64,000 nt of DNA. Origin: an uncultured virus (IMG/VR IMGVR_UViG_3300047094_001104). Taxonomy: Duplodnaviria; Heunggongvirae; Uroviricota; Caudoviricetes. Both the position numbers and the translations under genes were made by a program. The stretch lies in IMG/VR virus record IMGVR_UViG_3300047094_001104. One strand, written 5' to 3'. The notes beneath the pieces are model-generated. The model had not been told where the DNA came from. It saw nothing but the letters and a program-made list of their open reading frames with translations, and did no database searches. Every line of letters begins with the position of its first letter. Position 1 is the first letter of the stretch. This document shows positions 18,546 to 28,300 of this stretch, one piece after another.

Positions 18546-20209
18546 CAAAAGGCGTTCGATAGGGCTGTGTCCTCGCCACACCACTCACAAGATTTAAAGC
18601 CTTGGCTCTGAATCTTTACGCTACAAGTCTGCAGCAGTCCTCCATCACAAGCCACATGGGTAACAACTTGTTGCGTTTTATATTCAGAATTCATGATCCA
18701 GTGAATATCGAGGCTCTCAGTCTCTACAGTCGCATTGGTAGGATAAATAGACACCGAGTAAGTCTTGCTACGTGGAAACCCACTATTTGGACTCACAGTC
18801 CCTGTAGTCATAACTCCGTCAGTAAATGATAAAGAAACCGAGGCACATATACCTGAATTAATTATACCAAATCCCCCATAGGTATATCCACTTCCACCAT
18901 TAGCCACCTGAAAGACTGCAATACCAGAGGAGTTGGTCACCACATTCCCCGAGGCCCCAACGCCGGAGCCCCCAACAAAACTCCCAGTATTCACATTCTT
19001 GGATCGGCCAGTTTTCATAGTGAAACAAAGATCTCCAGTATCCAAGTTTTGCTTAAGAGGGTTCTCAATCAAAATCTTCTTATTTACTGATGCAGTTCCG
19101 TGTCCCCCTATTCGATCACCAGATGGGCATGGGTTGGACACATGTCCACAATCTTGACAATCTTCATTCCAAATATTATAGTAGGCCTGACCGACATCAT
19201 CAATAGTTTCTCTGATGATAAAGGCCTCGTAGTGCGGGAACTCAAGCCCAGTATAGTCTAATTGTTCATAGGTGCCAACGTTATTAGGATTACCAGTATA
19301 CGCAACATATTCTGGATCATAAATTACTCCAGTAGATGAGAATTGCCTCATCATCTCTGGACCTGATCTGGTGAACTGGTCCCTCGAATTACTTCGTTCA
19401 ACCTCATAAGAAAAGTTTGGCGGATTGTAGGTATTCGTAACTTTTGATAAGAAGACCTTGGTAGAAGTCCCAGCACTCCAGACGGCTCTGGATTGGTCCC
19501 AGCGAACGTCCAGAGGGCCAGTTTTCCAGAGGGAAGGATTCGAGTAAGCCTGAGGATGCATCGCACCATCAGCCCCCGTGGGGACCGGATTCCCGTCAAT
19601 ATCGTAGCCGGGGCCACTAAGGATAAGTGGGGCTCTGTGGGCTATGCTCCTAATATCAAGTAGTTCTGTCTTCTTTCTATAGTAGAAATCAGCATCAAAA
19701 TAATGATCTGATGGATGTACTCCAGACTCTATAGAGTTGTCTGTGCTATATTTACTTGAAGTAATTGCTGCAAGTATGTTGTGACCTCCAGAAGCCCACA
19801 CATCCTGATTGTAAGTTCCGCTATCAGTAATTCCAGTCGATAATATTCCAGTACCAAACATATTCGACGGGTTAAATGGATTTAAAGAATTTACATTAAC
19901 TACTCCTTCCCCGCTCTCTGTAGGACTTTCAAAATGTGGCAACGATCCAGTATGCTCAATGTGAGTAGAATATGGTACAAATAAACCATCTAAACTTATA
20001 GCTCCAACTCTATCTAGCATATCTTTATTGCCAGAAGAATTTATCAATCTTGTATACTGATCGAAATAGTTAGAGTCTACAAACGACGTATAAAAATTAA
20101 AAAAGTTTTGTCTATCTGTTCCACTGGCTAATGCGTCTCCACTAGATCTAACAAAGTCTACAGCCGTAGATACTATAAACTGTGGCCTACCTATTAAGTC
20201 CCTTTCCAT
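18545..20209 (-). CDS. Putative tail tip protein
   Basis: Position after the hub gene; WKTGPLDVRWD motif; S/T/G-rich; TAATG coupling to the upstream gene. Confidence 0.65.
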   Translation of the reverse strand: MERDLIGRPQFIVSTAVDFVRSSGDALASGTDRQNFFNFYTSFVDSNYFDQYTRLINSSGNKDMLDRVGAISLDGLFVPYSTHIEHTGSLPHFESPTESGEGVVNVNSLNPFNPSNMFGTGILSTGITDSGTYNQDVWASGGHNILAAITSSKYSTDNSIESGVHPSDHYFDADFYYRKKTELLDIRSIAHRAPLILSGPGYDIDGNPVPTGADGAMHPQAYSNPSLWKTGPLDVRWDQSRAVWSAGTSTKVFLSKVTNTYNPPNFSYEVERSNSRDQFTRSGPEMMRQFSSTGVIYDPEYVAYTGNPNNVGTYEQLDYTGLEFPHYEAFIIRETIDDVGQAYYNIWNEDCQDCGHVSNPCPSGDRIGGHGTASVNKKILIENPLKQNLDTGDLCFTMKTGRSKNVNTGSFVGGSGVGASGNVVTNSSGIAVFQVANGGSGYTYGGFGIINSGICASVSLSFTDGVMTTGTVSPNSGFPRSKTYSVSIYPTNATVETESLDIHWIMNSEYKTQQVVTHVACDGGLLQTCSVKIQSQGFKSCEWCGEDTALSNAF

Positions 20210-23200
20210 TATTTATTCCTTAATGTGTTAGATATTTTTCTTAATTGCTTTAGTAGTTCTTTACTACTTTTACCAACTCTTGGGGACAAAGTCCTAAAAT
20301 TATATGTAGTACTAACTTCACTGTTATTAAAGCTTATACTTATATCTGTTATTCTCGGACCATTTAACAAAGTTTGACCAACACGCTGTATTATAGGCAA
20401 ACCTTTTAAGGTTAAATTACCTTCTTCTTGAGCGAACAAAGAAAAATCATCAATACTATTTGCAATAGCTTGTCCAGCTAGATTCATTCCAGCAAAACCA
20501 GATAATGATGTGCCCTTAACTGATTCTATATTTCTACTTACACTCCCATCAGAATCTACTATTTGCCAATTTGTATTTATTGTTCCATATACAGGTATCA
20601 TAAAGTTTTCAGGAACTAATTCTTCATCTTGTTCATACTCAAATTTTCCACAATATATAGTTTCAGAAAAATTTGTTATCCAAGGCCCATATACGTACCT
20701 ATTAGATTTTTGTGGTATACCAATAGATCTTGGAGATACTGCTGGTCTAGAAACACAATTACTACCAAAGTTGTCTCCAAATTCCTTAAATCTAGATTCT
20801 GGTATTAGCGATAATGATTTTTCCTTAATCAGATCAGAAATGTCGTCAACATATTGTCCAGATAGTGGATTAACTCCAGAATGCTGAAAACTAGACGGAT
20901 AATATACTGGTTCAGTCGTAAATTTTATAAAAGGTAATCCAGAGCCAGTGTCATTAGCTGGGTTATTTTTAATTCCATACAAAATATCTTTTAGGGCAGT
21001 CCCTGAATAATGAAAAGAAAAATGCGCAGTATAATTAATATCTGCTGGTTCTACAAGATTTAAATATACTACTTTATTATTTTGATCAAAACTTTGCAGT
21101 ACTTGAGTATAATATCCAGAAGAATGCACATTATGGCTGAATATTCCAGATGGCGGTGTATATACGGTCGTATAACTATACTGAGATTGATTAGCCTTTT
21201 CTATAGAAATAGCTGATTGTGTATTATTCGCTGAAGCAAAATCTTTTGCTCCTGCATTACTCATAACATTATTAGGTAATAAACTTTCATCTTGCCTGCT
21301 GACAGTTTTTCCTGAAAAATTATATGTATACATATAATAGCTTCCAAGATTTCCTTCAACAGCAGATCCTAACCCATTACTTTCGGCTTCAAAAAACGGA
21401 CAATGCCCCCTGTTGTAATAGCTGAAATATTGAGATGGAATAAATAGATATTTTTCAGATATCTCAGGCGAGGTATACGCCATTCCTACTTTTGCGCATG
21501 CTCCAGATGCAGATGGATCAAGATCAAAAACTGTATTATCGCCATGTTCAGAAAAGTCAAATTTATACTTTACACCAGACGCGAATCCGGATATGTCTCC
21601 AGTTAATAATCCATAAACAAGATCATCGCTTCCACCAGCAGTAAAAGAATGCTCAAAACTAGCAAATGGTTTCAGTTTACCATCTTCTATAAACTTTGAG
21701 TCTTTTGGAGCCTCTATTTCGTCAAAAGCATATGGTTCTACATATGCAGAAGAGCTTACGTCCCAAGACCTGACAAAGTTACCAACTAAGCTCTGATTGT
21801 CTTGGGTCAATTTTGTCTTAAAGACAGGAATTGGAGCTACCCAACTTTTTCCATAGTGCGTGTCCCCAATGTCTTTCACTTTTTCCCAGATCTTTTTTAT
21901 CGTATCGTCATCTTCTGGAAATGAAAAATCCACCTGAGAAGTATTAGCACTTCTCAAGCCTCTAAACGCCATATATTTAGCAACAGTCGCGACGGCGGAT
22001 TTAAAAGTCTCATTGTTAATTTGATTAAGTCCACCACCACTCAATACCATCCACTTATGAGGCTTTATGGAAGACATGAACTCTTCCCAAGATTCATAGG
22101 AGCACATAGCAGCTCTTATCTCTAACATACTGGCAAAATAAATACCATCATAGCAGACACCTGTAATAGTTTTGCTGGAAAAAATATGCTGCATATCTAT
22201 AGCCACCCAATCCCATATGTCATTGGGGGGGAGTGTCTGAGTTATTATTGGGATTGATTTTTGTGAGCTTGAGGTTATACCGCACGCATCACCAGACGAT
22301 GTAACTAGAGTTATTTCTCCCCAATATTGATATATGAAATCTCTTGGTACAACATTCATTCTAGTCTGAAATCCACCAACAACCATTTTGCCCACAGTTG
22401 GATTGGTTGACTTTAGTGATAGGCTTAAATTTATTGGCCTATTTGTTATATTATTAAGTATTTGATATGGGGTTGGAGTTACTGGAAAACTCCCTCCATA
22501 TGGAGAAGATCCTTCTGCTCCTCTTCTACTATAATCTAGATCTAATGGATTTATAAATCTCCCATCATTTTGCGGAGCTATACCGGGATTTATGCTGCCA
22601 AGAGTTCCATAGTCTCCAGTGTCTGGTTTTTCAAGATTCAATAAGTCATAAGTGAATTGACTAAATGGCTTATTGCATGTTACATATTGACTTCTTGGAA
22701 TAAGCAGAATGGAAATTATACCACCGAAAACTGAATTTGGATACGTCTGACTCATAGATGCTGCAAATGCACCATCCTTATAGCTATAATCATTTAGTTC
22801 TACTATGAAATCAGCACTTATGGTATCGCATATTATGGAAATAAATTCAGCAATTGAAATAGATGGACCGGGAATTACAAAATCTTCAGGAAGATAATTC
22901 AATGCCTGAGAAGTAAATCCTATGATATCAAATCCATAGTAAAATGGATATGGGGGAACGTATCCATTGGCCGTACCACATATATTGTATGTGTTGGCTC
23001 CATACATTAAATTACCACCTATATATCTTCTTGGCGAGGAAGATTCGGTCCTATTAACTATCTCATCAATAGCATAAGCTATTTTGTCTACCCTCATTCC
23101 AGAAGTTACACTTGAAGCTCCAAATCCAGCAAAAGGCACTATCGCAAGAGAATTACCATTTGAATCTACCCACTCGTTTTCATATGCAGCAAAAACATTT

Positions 23201-23769
23201 ATTAGATTATATAACCTATTCCACATTCCAGTAAAAGACAGATTAGCGTTATTGGTTGCGAATGAGAATTGAGCAGTTTCAAAATAGCTTACTGTTGGAG
23301 TCATACTAACTCCATCTGGAATATATCCCGGTTGTTTATCTGAGTCTTCAATCTGATAATATCCGTCATCAGAGAAGTATCTAGGAAGCCCTTCTAGAGC
23401 AGACCCATATCCTGTGTACCCATCAATAATTAGCGTAACTGCTTCCAATATCTTAAGCGGGCTTAGTAGCTCCACTCTGTAAAATTTGCCCTCTGGACTT
23501 GAATCTCTAGTGACAGACTCAAGAATTCCATTGAATCCAAATATAGTCGCAGAATTATAATCTACGATCTTAAAAAAATATGGAGATCCAATTACTCCGG
23601 GAGAGAATACATCGCCATCTGTATCGTCAACTATTAGATCTATAGAGCATGATCCGGGTTGAGACGAGAAATCTGCCGAACAATTGAAGCTAGCTACAGT
23701 ACATCCCATAAATTTTTGAACTGGGATACTAGATTCAATTCCAGAACCAAATGGTAAAATATTTTCCAT
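20209..23769 (-). CDS. Putative baseplate hub/central tail tip protein (1186 aa)
   Basis: Second gene after the tape measure; beta-rich N-terminus (FMGCTV.SF..SIDLIVD..FGFNGIL) and C-terminus (ITDISISF..TTYNF). Confidence 0.65.
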   Translation of the reverse strand: MENILPFGSGIESSIPVQKFMGCTVASFNCSADFSSQPGSCSIDLIVDDTDGDVFSPGVIGSPYFFKIVDYNSATIFGFNGILESVTRDSSPEGKFYRVELLSPLKILEAVTLIIDGYTGYGSALEGLPRYFSDDGYYQIEDSDKQPGYIPDGVSMTPTVSYFETAQFSFATNNANLSFTGMWNRLYNLINVFAAYENEWVDSNGNSLAIVPFAGFGASSVTSGMRVDKIAYAIDEIVNRTESSSPRRYIGGNLMYGANTYNICGTANGYVPPYPFYYGFDIIGFTSQALNYLPEDFVIPGPSISIAEFISIICDTISADFIVELNDYSYKDGAFAASMSQTYPNSVFGGIISILLIPRSQYVTCNKPFSQFTYDLLNLEKPDTGDYGTLGSINPGIAPQNDGRFINPLDLDYSRRGAEGSSPYGGSFPVTPTPYQILNNITNRPINLSLSLKSTNPTVGKMVVGGFQTRMNVVPRDFIYQYWGEITLVTSSGDACGITSSSQKSIPIITQTLPPNDIWDWVAIDMQHIFSSKTITGVCYDGIYFASMLEIRAAMCSYESWEEFMSSIKPHKWMVLSGGGLNQINNETFKSAVATVAKYMAFRGLRSANTSQVDFSFPEDDDTIKKIWEKVKDIGDTHYGKSWVAPIPVFKTKLTQDNQSLVGNFVRSWDVSSSAYVEPYAFDEIEAPKDSKFIEDGKLKPFASFEHSFTAGGSDDLVYGLLTGDISGFASGVKYKFDFSEHGDNTVFDLDPSASGACAKVGMAYTSPEISEKYLFIPSQYFSYYNRGHCPFFEAESNGLGSAVEGNLGSYYMYTYNFSGKTVSRQDESLLPNNVMSNAGAKDFASANNTQSAISIEKANQSQYSYTTVYTPPSGIFSHNVHSSGYYTQVLQSFDQNNKVVYLNLVEPADINYTAHFSFHYSGTALKDILYGIKNNPANDTGSGLPFIKFTTEPVYYPSSFQHSGVNPLSGQYVDDISDLIKEKSLSLIPESRFKEFGDNFGSNCVSRPAVSPRSIGIPQKSNRYVYGPWITNFSETIYCGKFEYEQDEELVPENFMIPVYGTINTNWQIVDSDGSVSRNIESVKGTSLSGFAGMNLAGQAIANSIDDFSLFAQEEGNLTLKGLPIIQRVGQTLLNGPRITDISISFNNSEVSTTYNFRTLSPRVGKSSKELLKQLRKISNTLRNK

Positions 23770-23778
23770 ACGTCTTTC

Positions 23779-25392
23779 CTATGATCTTTCGTAAGTCCAT
23801 TCAATATTATATGAATAGTTTCCTGTTTTAGGATTCCAAGATTCTTGTGGAGCAGAATAAAAACATTTAGAAGCAACTACCCCTACCTCATTAGCCGGAT
23901 TGATTGCATCAAATATGCCTTGAAAATAAGATGTTTGTGTTATACTAGGCTTTTGAGAAAACCAAGACCTAACTCCAGCAACATCAGCAGTAGTCCATCT
24001 ACCATAAGCATCAACATCACTAGAAGACCAATTTTGCCAATCTCTTTCCATAAGAACGCTAATAGATAACGATCTTCTATATTCGCTTCTTGATCCAAGA
24101 TATTGTAAGATGGGCTGATTTCTGCCTATTACTGGTGTTGCCGAAAATAATTGGCCCGGATAAGTATCATTTACAGATATGTCTTCACTAATACTCCCCG
24201 GCACTAAATTTGGCGGTCTATCGTCATAATTATAGGAGTAAGTTACTTGACCAGTGTATGGGTTTCTGCCCTCTGTAAAGCTCTTGACTTTTGGATGAAG
24301 CCAATTTAGCCCAGAATTTAATCTGGCTCTATTATAGAAACTAGCCTTGACGCTATTATAATAGTTAATGGCATTAGTATATTTAGATACCCCAGTACCA
24401 GATACGGTATACGGATTATTAGTTTCTATTCCTGCAATTGTGCCTTGTAAATTTACTGTAGTAATTGATGATTCGCTTTTTTCAATTGATAAAGATGTCT
24501 CTTCTATGGCATACTGTCCAGATGGCATTAAGCCAGATGGTAAATATATGAAAGACTCTTCTATGGAATAGCTTCCTCCTAATTTATCTACATTCTCTAC
24601 TATCTTTCTTCCAGTTAGAGAGTACCCAGAAGTCACTCCAAGAATACTATCTGGTAAAGATGAAGCCGAAGTATCAAGAACAGATATTACATATCCACTC
24701 GCTTGCTGCCATGGTTGTAATAAAACTACTCCACTCTGATTATATACCTTTTTGCCTTTGGCCTCAAGATTCCTAGTTACATTATAGACTTTAGATATTT
24801 GAGTAAAATTGCCAGTATTTACTACTACCTGATCAGATTCCTGTATTGACCACCTATCTGAAGCTGACTGAACATAATAAGAAAAATTATCTTCAGAACT
24901 ACCATTGGGGAATAGGCCGCTATTAGCGGGTTCAATAAAATTATTGAAGCCTACACTAAAACTATAGCTAGTTGGATTAGACCAATTCTTGTCATTATTT
25001 ACTGTGAAATTTTTTAGGTCCCCATAAAACTTTAGGCCTTTGTCATTAGAAAATCCTACAATTTCTACTTTTATGCCTGTCGCTGGGGTAAGAGCTTCTC
25101 TAAGTCTTTCTATCTTTGTGATTGTAGATATTAACAGGTCTGACTCTGAAACTCCATGAGTTGGGTCATCGCTTGGGTCTTGAGTAGATGTCCAAGGATC
25201 TGACGAAAAACTAGAGCTAAAGTTTGTTCCAGTAACAGCGACTGGATTGCCTTTATTCTGCAAAATTGTGCCGTCAAAATTGACACTGTATGAAGACCCC
25301 AAGAGCATACCGTCATCTGAAAGTTCTATATTCTTCTCAAATGTAACGAGTGGGGCAGGTAGAATTTTTTTATTGTTTACTATGACTGGCAT
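23779..25392 (-). CDS. Putative distal tail protein
   Basis: Immediately after the tape measure; repeated beta-units ending YS(F/Y/I). Confidence 0.6.
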   Translation of the reverse strand: MPVIVNNKKILPAPLVTFEKNIELSDDGMLLGSSYSVNFDGTILQNKGNPVAVTGTNFSSSFSSDPWTSTQDPSDDPTHGVSESDLLISTITKIERLREALTPATGIKVEIVGFSNDKGLKFYGDLKNFTVNNDKNWSNPTSYSFSVGFNNFIEPANSGLFPNGSSEDNFSYYVQSASDRWSIQESDQVVVNTGNFTQISKVYNVTRNLEAKGKKVYNQSGVVLLQPWQQASGYVISVLDTSASSLPDSILGVTSGYSLTGRKIVENVDKLGGSYSIEESFIYLPSGLMPSGQYAIEETSLSIEKSESSITTVNLQGTIAGIETNNPYTVSGTGVSKYTNAINYYNSVKASFYNRARLNSGLNWLHPKVKSFTEGRNPYTGQVTYSYNYDDRPPNLVPGSISEDISVNDTYPGQLFSATPVIGRNQPILQYLGSRSEYRRSLSISVLMERDWQNWSSSDVDAYGRWTTADVAGVRSWFSQKPSITQTSYFQGIFDAINPANEVGVVASKCFYSAPQESWNPKTGNYSYNIEWTYERS

Positions 25393-28300
25393 TATACTCT
25401 TCCTGTTTTCTGCGCTAATAGTTGATCAGCTATCAATGTCTTCATTTCTTGCCTCATCTGCTTTGACAATGCCTCTAGTCCTTCAGGAGAGCTAATATCT
25501 ACTACCACATTAGTGGTATCTAATTTCATACTTATAGAGCCACTCTGTAGAGAGGTTACAATATTTTTCAGCTCATTATTAAATCCAGTTAATCCAGTAT
25601 TCATGTCTTTTATAGAATTCCCAAATATATCAGCAGACGCTTTTAATAACTGGAGACTGGCGTCTTGCCCCTGTAAAAGGGCCTTCTCATTTTTATCTAT
25701 TTGAGAAGTTTGAGATGTGGCTTCTCCTTGGAGCTGCTTTTGTCTTTCTGTCATTCTTCCAGTAGCTATAGATCTTGAGTCTTGTGTAATCGCTCCGGGA
25801 CCAGCTATACTCTCAAAACGATTAGCTCCCATCATAGAAGCACTCTGATTAAATCTTTGGCTTTCTTCTGTTTGGATTACGCTAGTGTACATCTGTCTAT
25901 TTAGAGTACCCCGGTCTATTTCTTTACCGAGTTGGGCATTTGCAGCTTCGTCTCCTTGGGTCTTTCTAATTTCTTCAACCCTGCTGATTGCCTTAACCTG
26001 TTTTTCTGCCTCCTTCTTCGCTTGCTTTCCAAGTCCTCCGCTGAGAGCAAGATTCAAATCCTCAAATGTTTGACCGCGATTCTTTTCAATCTCCATCTCT
26101 TCTTTTATTGCCTCTATAAGAGCTTGCCTATTTTTAGTTTCTAGCCCTATAGCATCTGCCTGTTCCTTAGCTTTTATTTGTAGGGCAGCAAACGTGTTAG
26201 CAAGCTCTGGACTGACTATATTTCCTTGAGCTTGCGTTTGTGCTATTTTAATTCCTGTAGAAGCAAGCCTGCTTGATGTTCCTACAAAATTTAATCTAGA
26301 AGCATTCGCCCTAGCGTCATTAGTGCTTATAGCCGATTTTCTATCTCTAATTTCAGATATAGTAGATCCACCAACCTTGAATGATTGTAAATCTTTCTGT
26401 CTATTCTGAGCAGCTTGAGCATTATTAAATACTGCCTCATTGTATGCTGTCTGAGCTTGAGAAGCTCGCGATACACTATCTATGTATGAATTAATTGCAG
26501 TTTCTGTGTTCTTAGCGGCTTCTATTAGACTGTTTTTAAGCTTATCTGAACCTTCAATGGTAGATTCATAGGCCTTATCAAGAGCTTCACCTTCTAGTCC
26601 AGTAGCATCTCCACCAGTCGCATTAATTATTTCTTTCTTTTTAGCTGTTATAGCGTCTTGAGCTGCCTGTCTTTTCTCGGGAGTTGCAGTAGCAAAAGCG
26701 GTTTCTAGCTTAGTCATCTCTGACTTGCCTTTTGTGACCGCAGAAACATTTTCTTTATAGCCCTTTATTCCTAGTGCCTCAGCAGCCCTAGATTGCTTAT
26801 CTATGTCTTCACTAGAAGCGGCTGAAGAAAGAGAAGAGCCCCTAAAGCTATCAGAAGCTAAACCAGAGACTACGTTTCCAAGTTCAGATGCGGCAATTGC
26901 TTTTTTATTAGCTTCAGCAATCCCGGTAGTAGTAATAAGTTGTTTTTGCATCTGTGCATTTAGTACAGCCCTTATAGCGGCTTCGGTTTTTGCAGCAATT
27001 GCTAACTCATCAAATTTTTCTTGTAAATTAGTAGCTTCTCCAGAAGCTAAAACAAGTGCTTTATTTTCTCCTAAGCTATCTAAAAATTCTGTCCAACCCT
27101 TACCAGCATCAGCAGATTCACCCATCTTGAAATCAATAGCGGGCATAATAAGTTCTAAACTTTTTTTAGCCTCAGCTTGGCTTTCCTGTTTCCTTTTTGT
27201 ACTATCTTCATCTCTCGCTTTAGTCTCTTCTTCTGAAGCAACAAAGCTACCTAAAAATTTTACAAGACTTCCAGCAAGCGGCCCACCGGCACCACTGGCC
27301 GCTCTAGAAGACGATTTTATATATGATAGATTTGAAGCATCTTTTACATTCGCTTTATCGTTTTCTGCAATTACTGCTTTTGCTTCATTTGCAACCTTGA
27401 TAGCGGCAGCTACATTTGCTTTAGTCTCAGAACTATTTAAAACCTTATCTGCCGATTCTTTGTCTTTTACTTTTGAGGAAAGCTTTGTAAGTCGCTCTTG
27501 TCCCTTTTCTCTTGTTTTCTCGGCGTTCTTTTTTGCAGCTTCAAATTGAGCCTTAGCAGCTATAGATGTCGTTGATTCTAGTAGTCCAAGCTCAGCTCCT
27601 AAATTTCTAAGGCCCCCAATAGCATATTCTACACCCGGTATAAACCCAGCAAGTTTTACAGCTACGCCAACAGCAGCACCCACTAACGGGCCTCCAAATG
27701 CTGTCGCCACTACTGCGGCCCCAGTAGCCAGAGCCGTAAGATCATTTTGAGCCTGAACAGATACTGCCGTCTCTCCAGCTTTTGCTATATTGCCTTCTTC
27801 AATAGCTTTAGCAGCCTCTTGCTCTCTGCCAAGTAGATAATCTAAGCCTTTCCCGAATGCTAGAACAGATGCTCCTGCGATTACAAATGGAGCTGCTGCA
27901 GTAGCGGCAGATGCAACCTTAGTACCAATAGCAGCAGAAGCAGTTTTAGATCCAACTCCAACACCTACTGTTTGAAGTTGTGATCCTAATCCAGTGACGG
28001 CCTTTCCAACTACCCCTTGGCCAAGTTTGCCACCAATCCCCTGTACATATTTACCAGCTCCAAACACGCTTTTCCCAACTTGTCTCGCCCCACCAGTTAC
28101 TTGTTCAGCTAATTTAGCACCTTTTCCGGTAAATAGGTCTTTTCCAATATCAAAAATCTTTTTTGGGTCAAGATCTATGCCGAATTGAGACAAAGTAAGC
28201 TGAGCAGCAGAAAGAACAGACACAAAATCTAATATTCCTCCAATTGCTCTACCAGTTGCTGTTTCTTGATCTACATATTGAGAAGCGACTCCAGATACAA

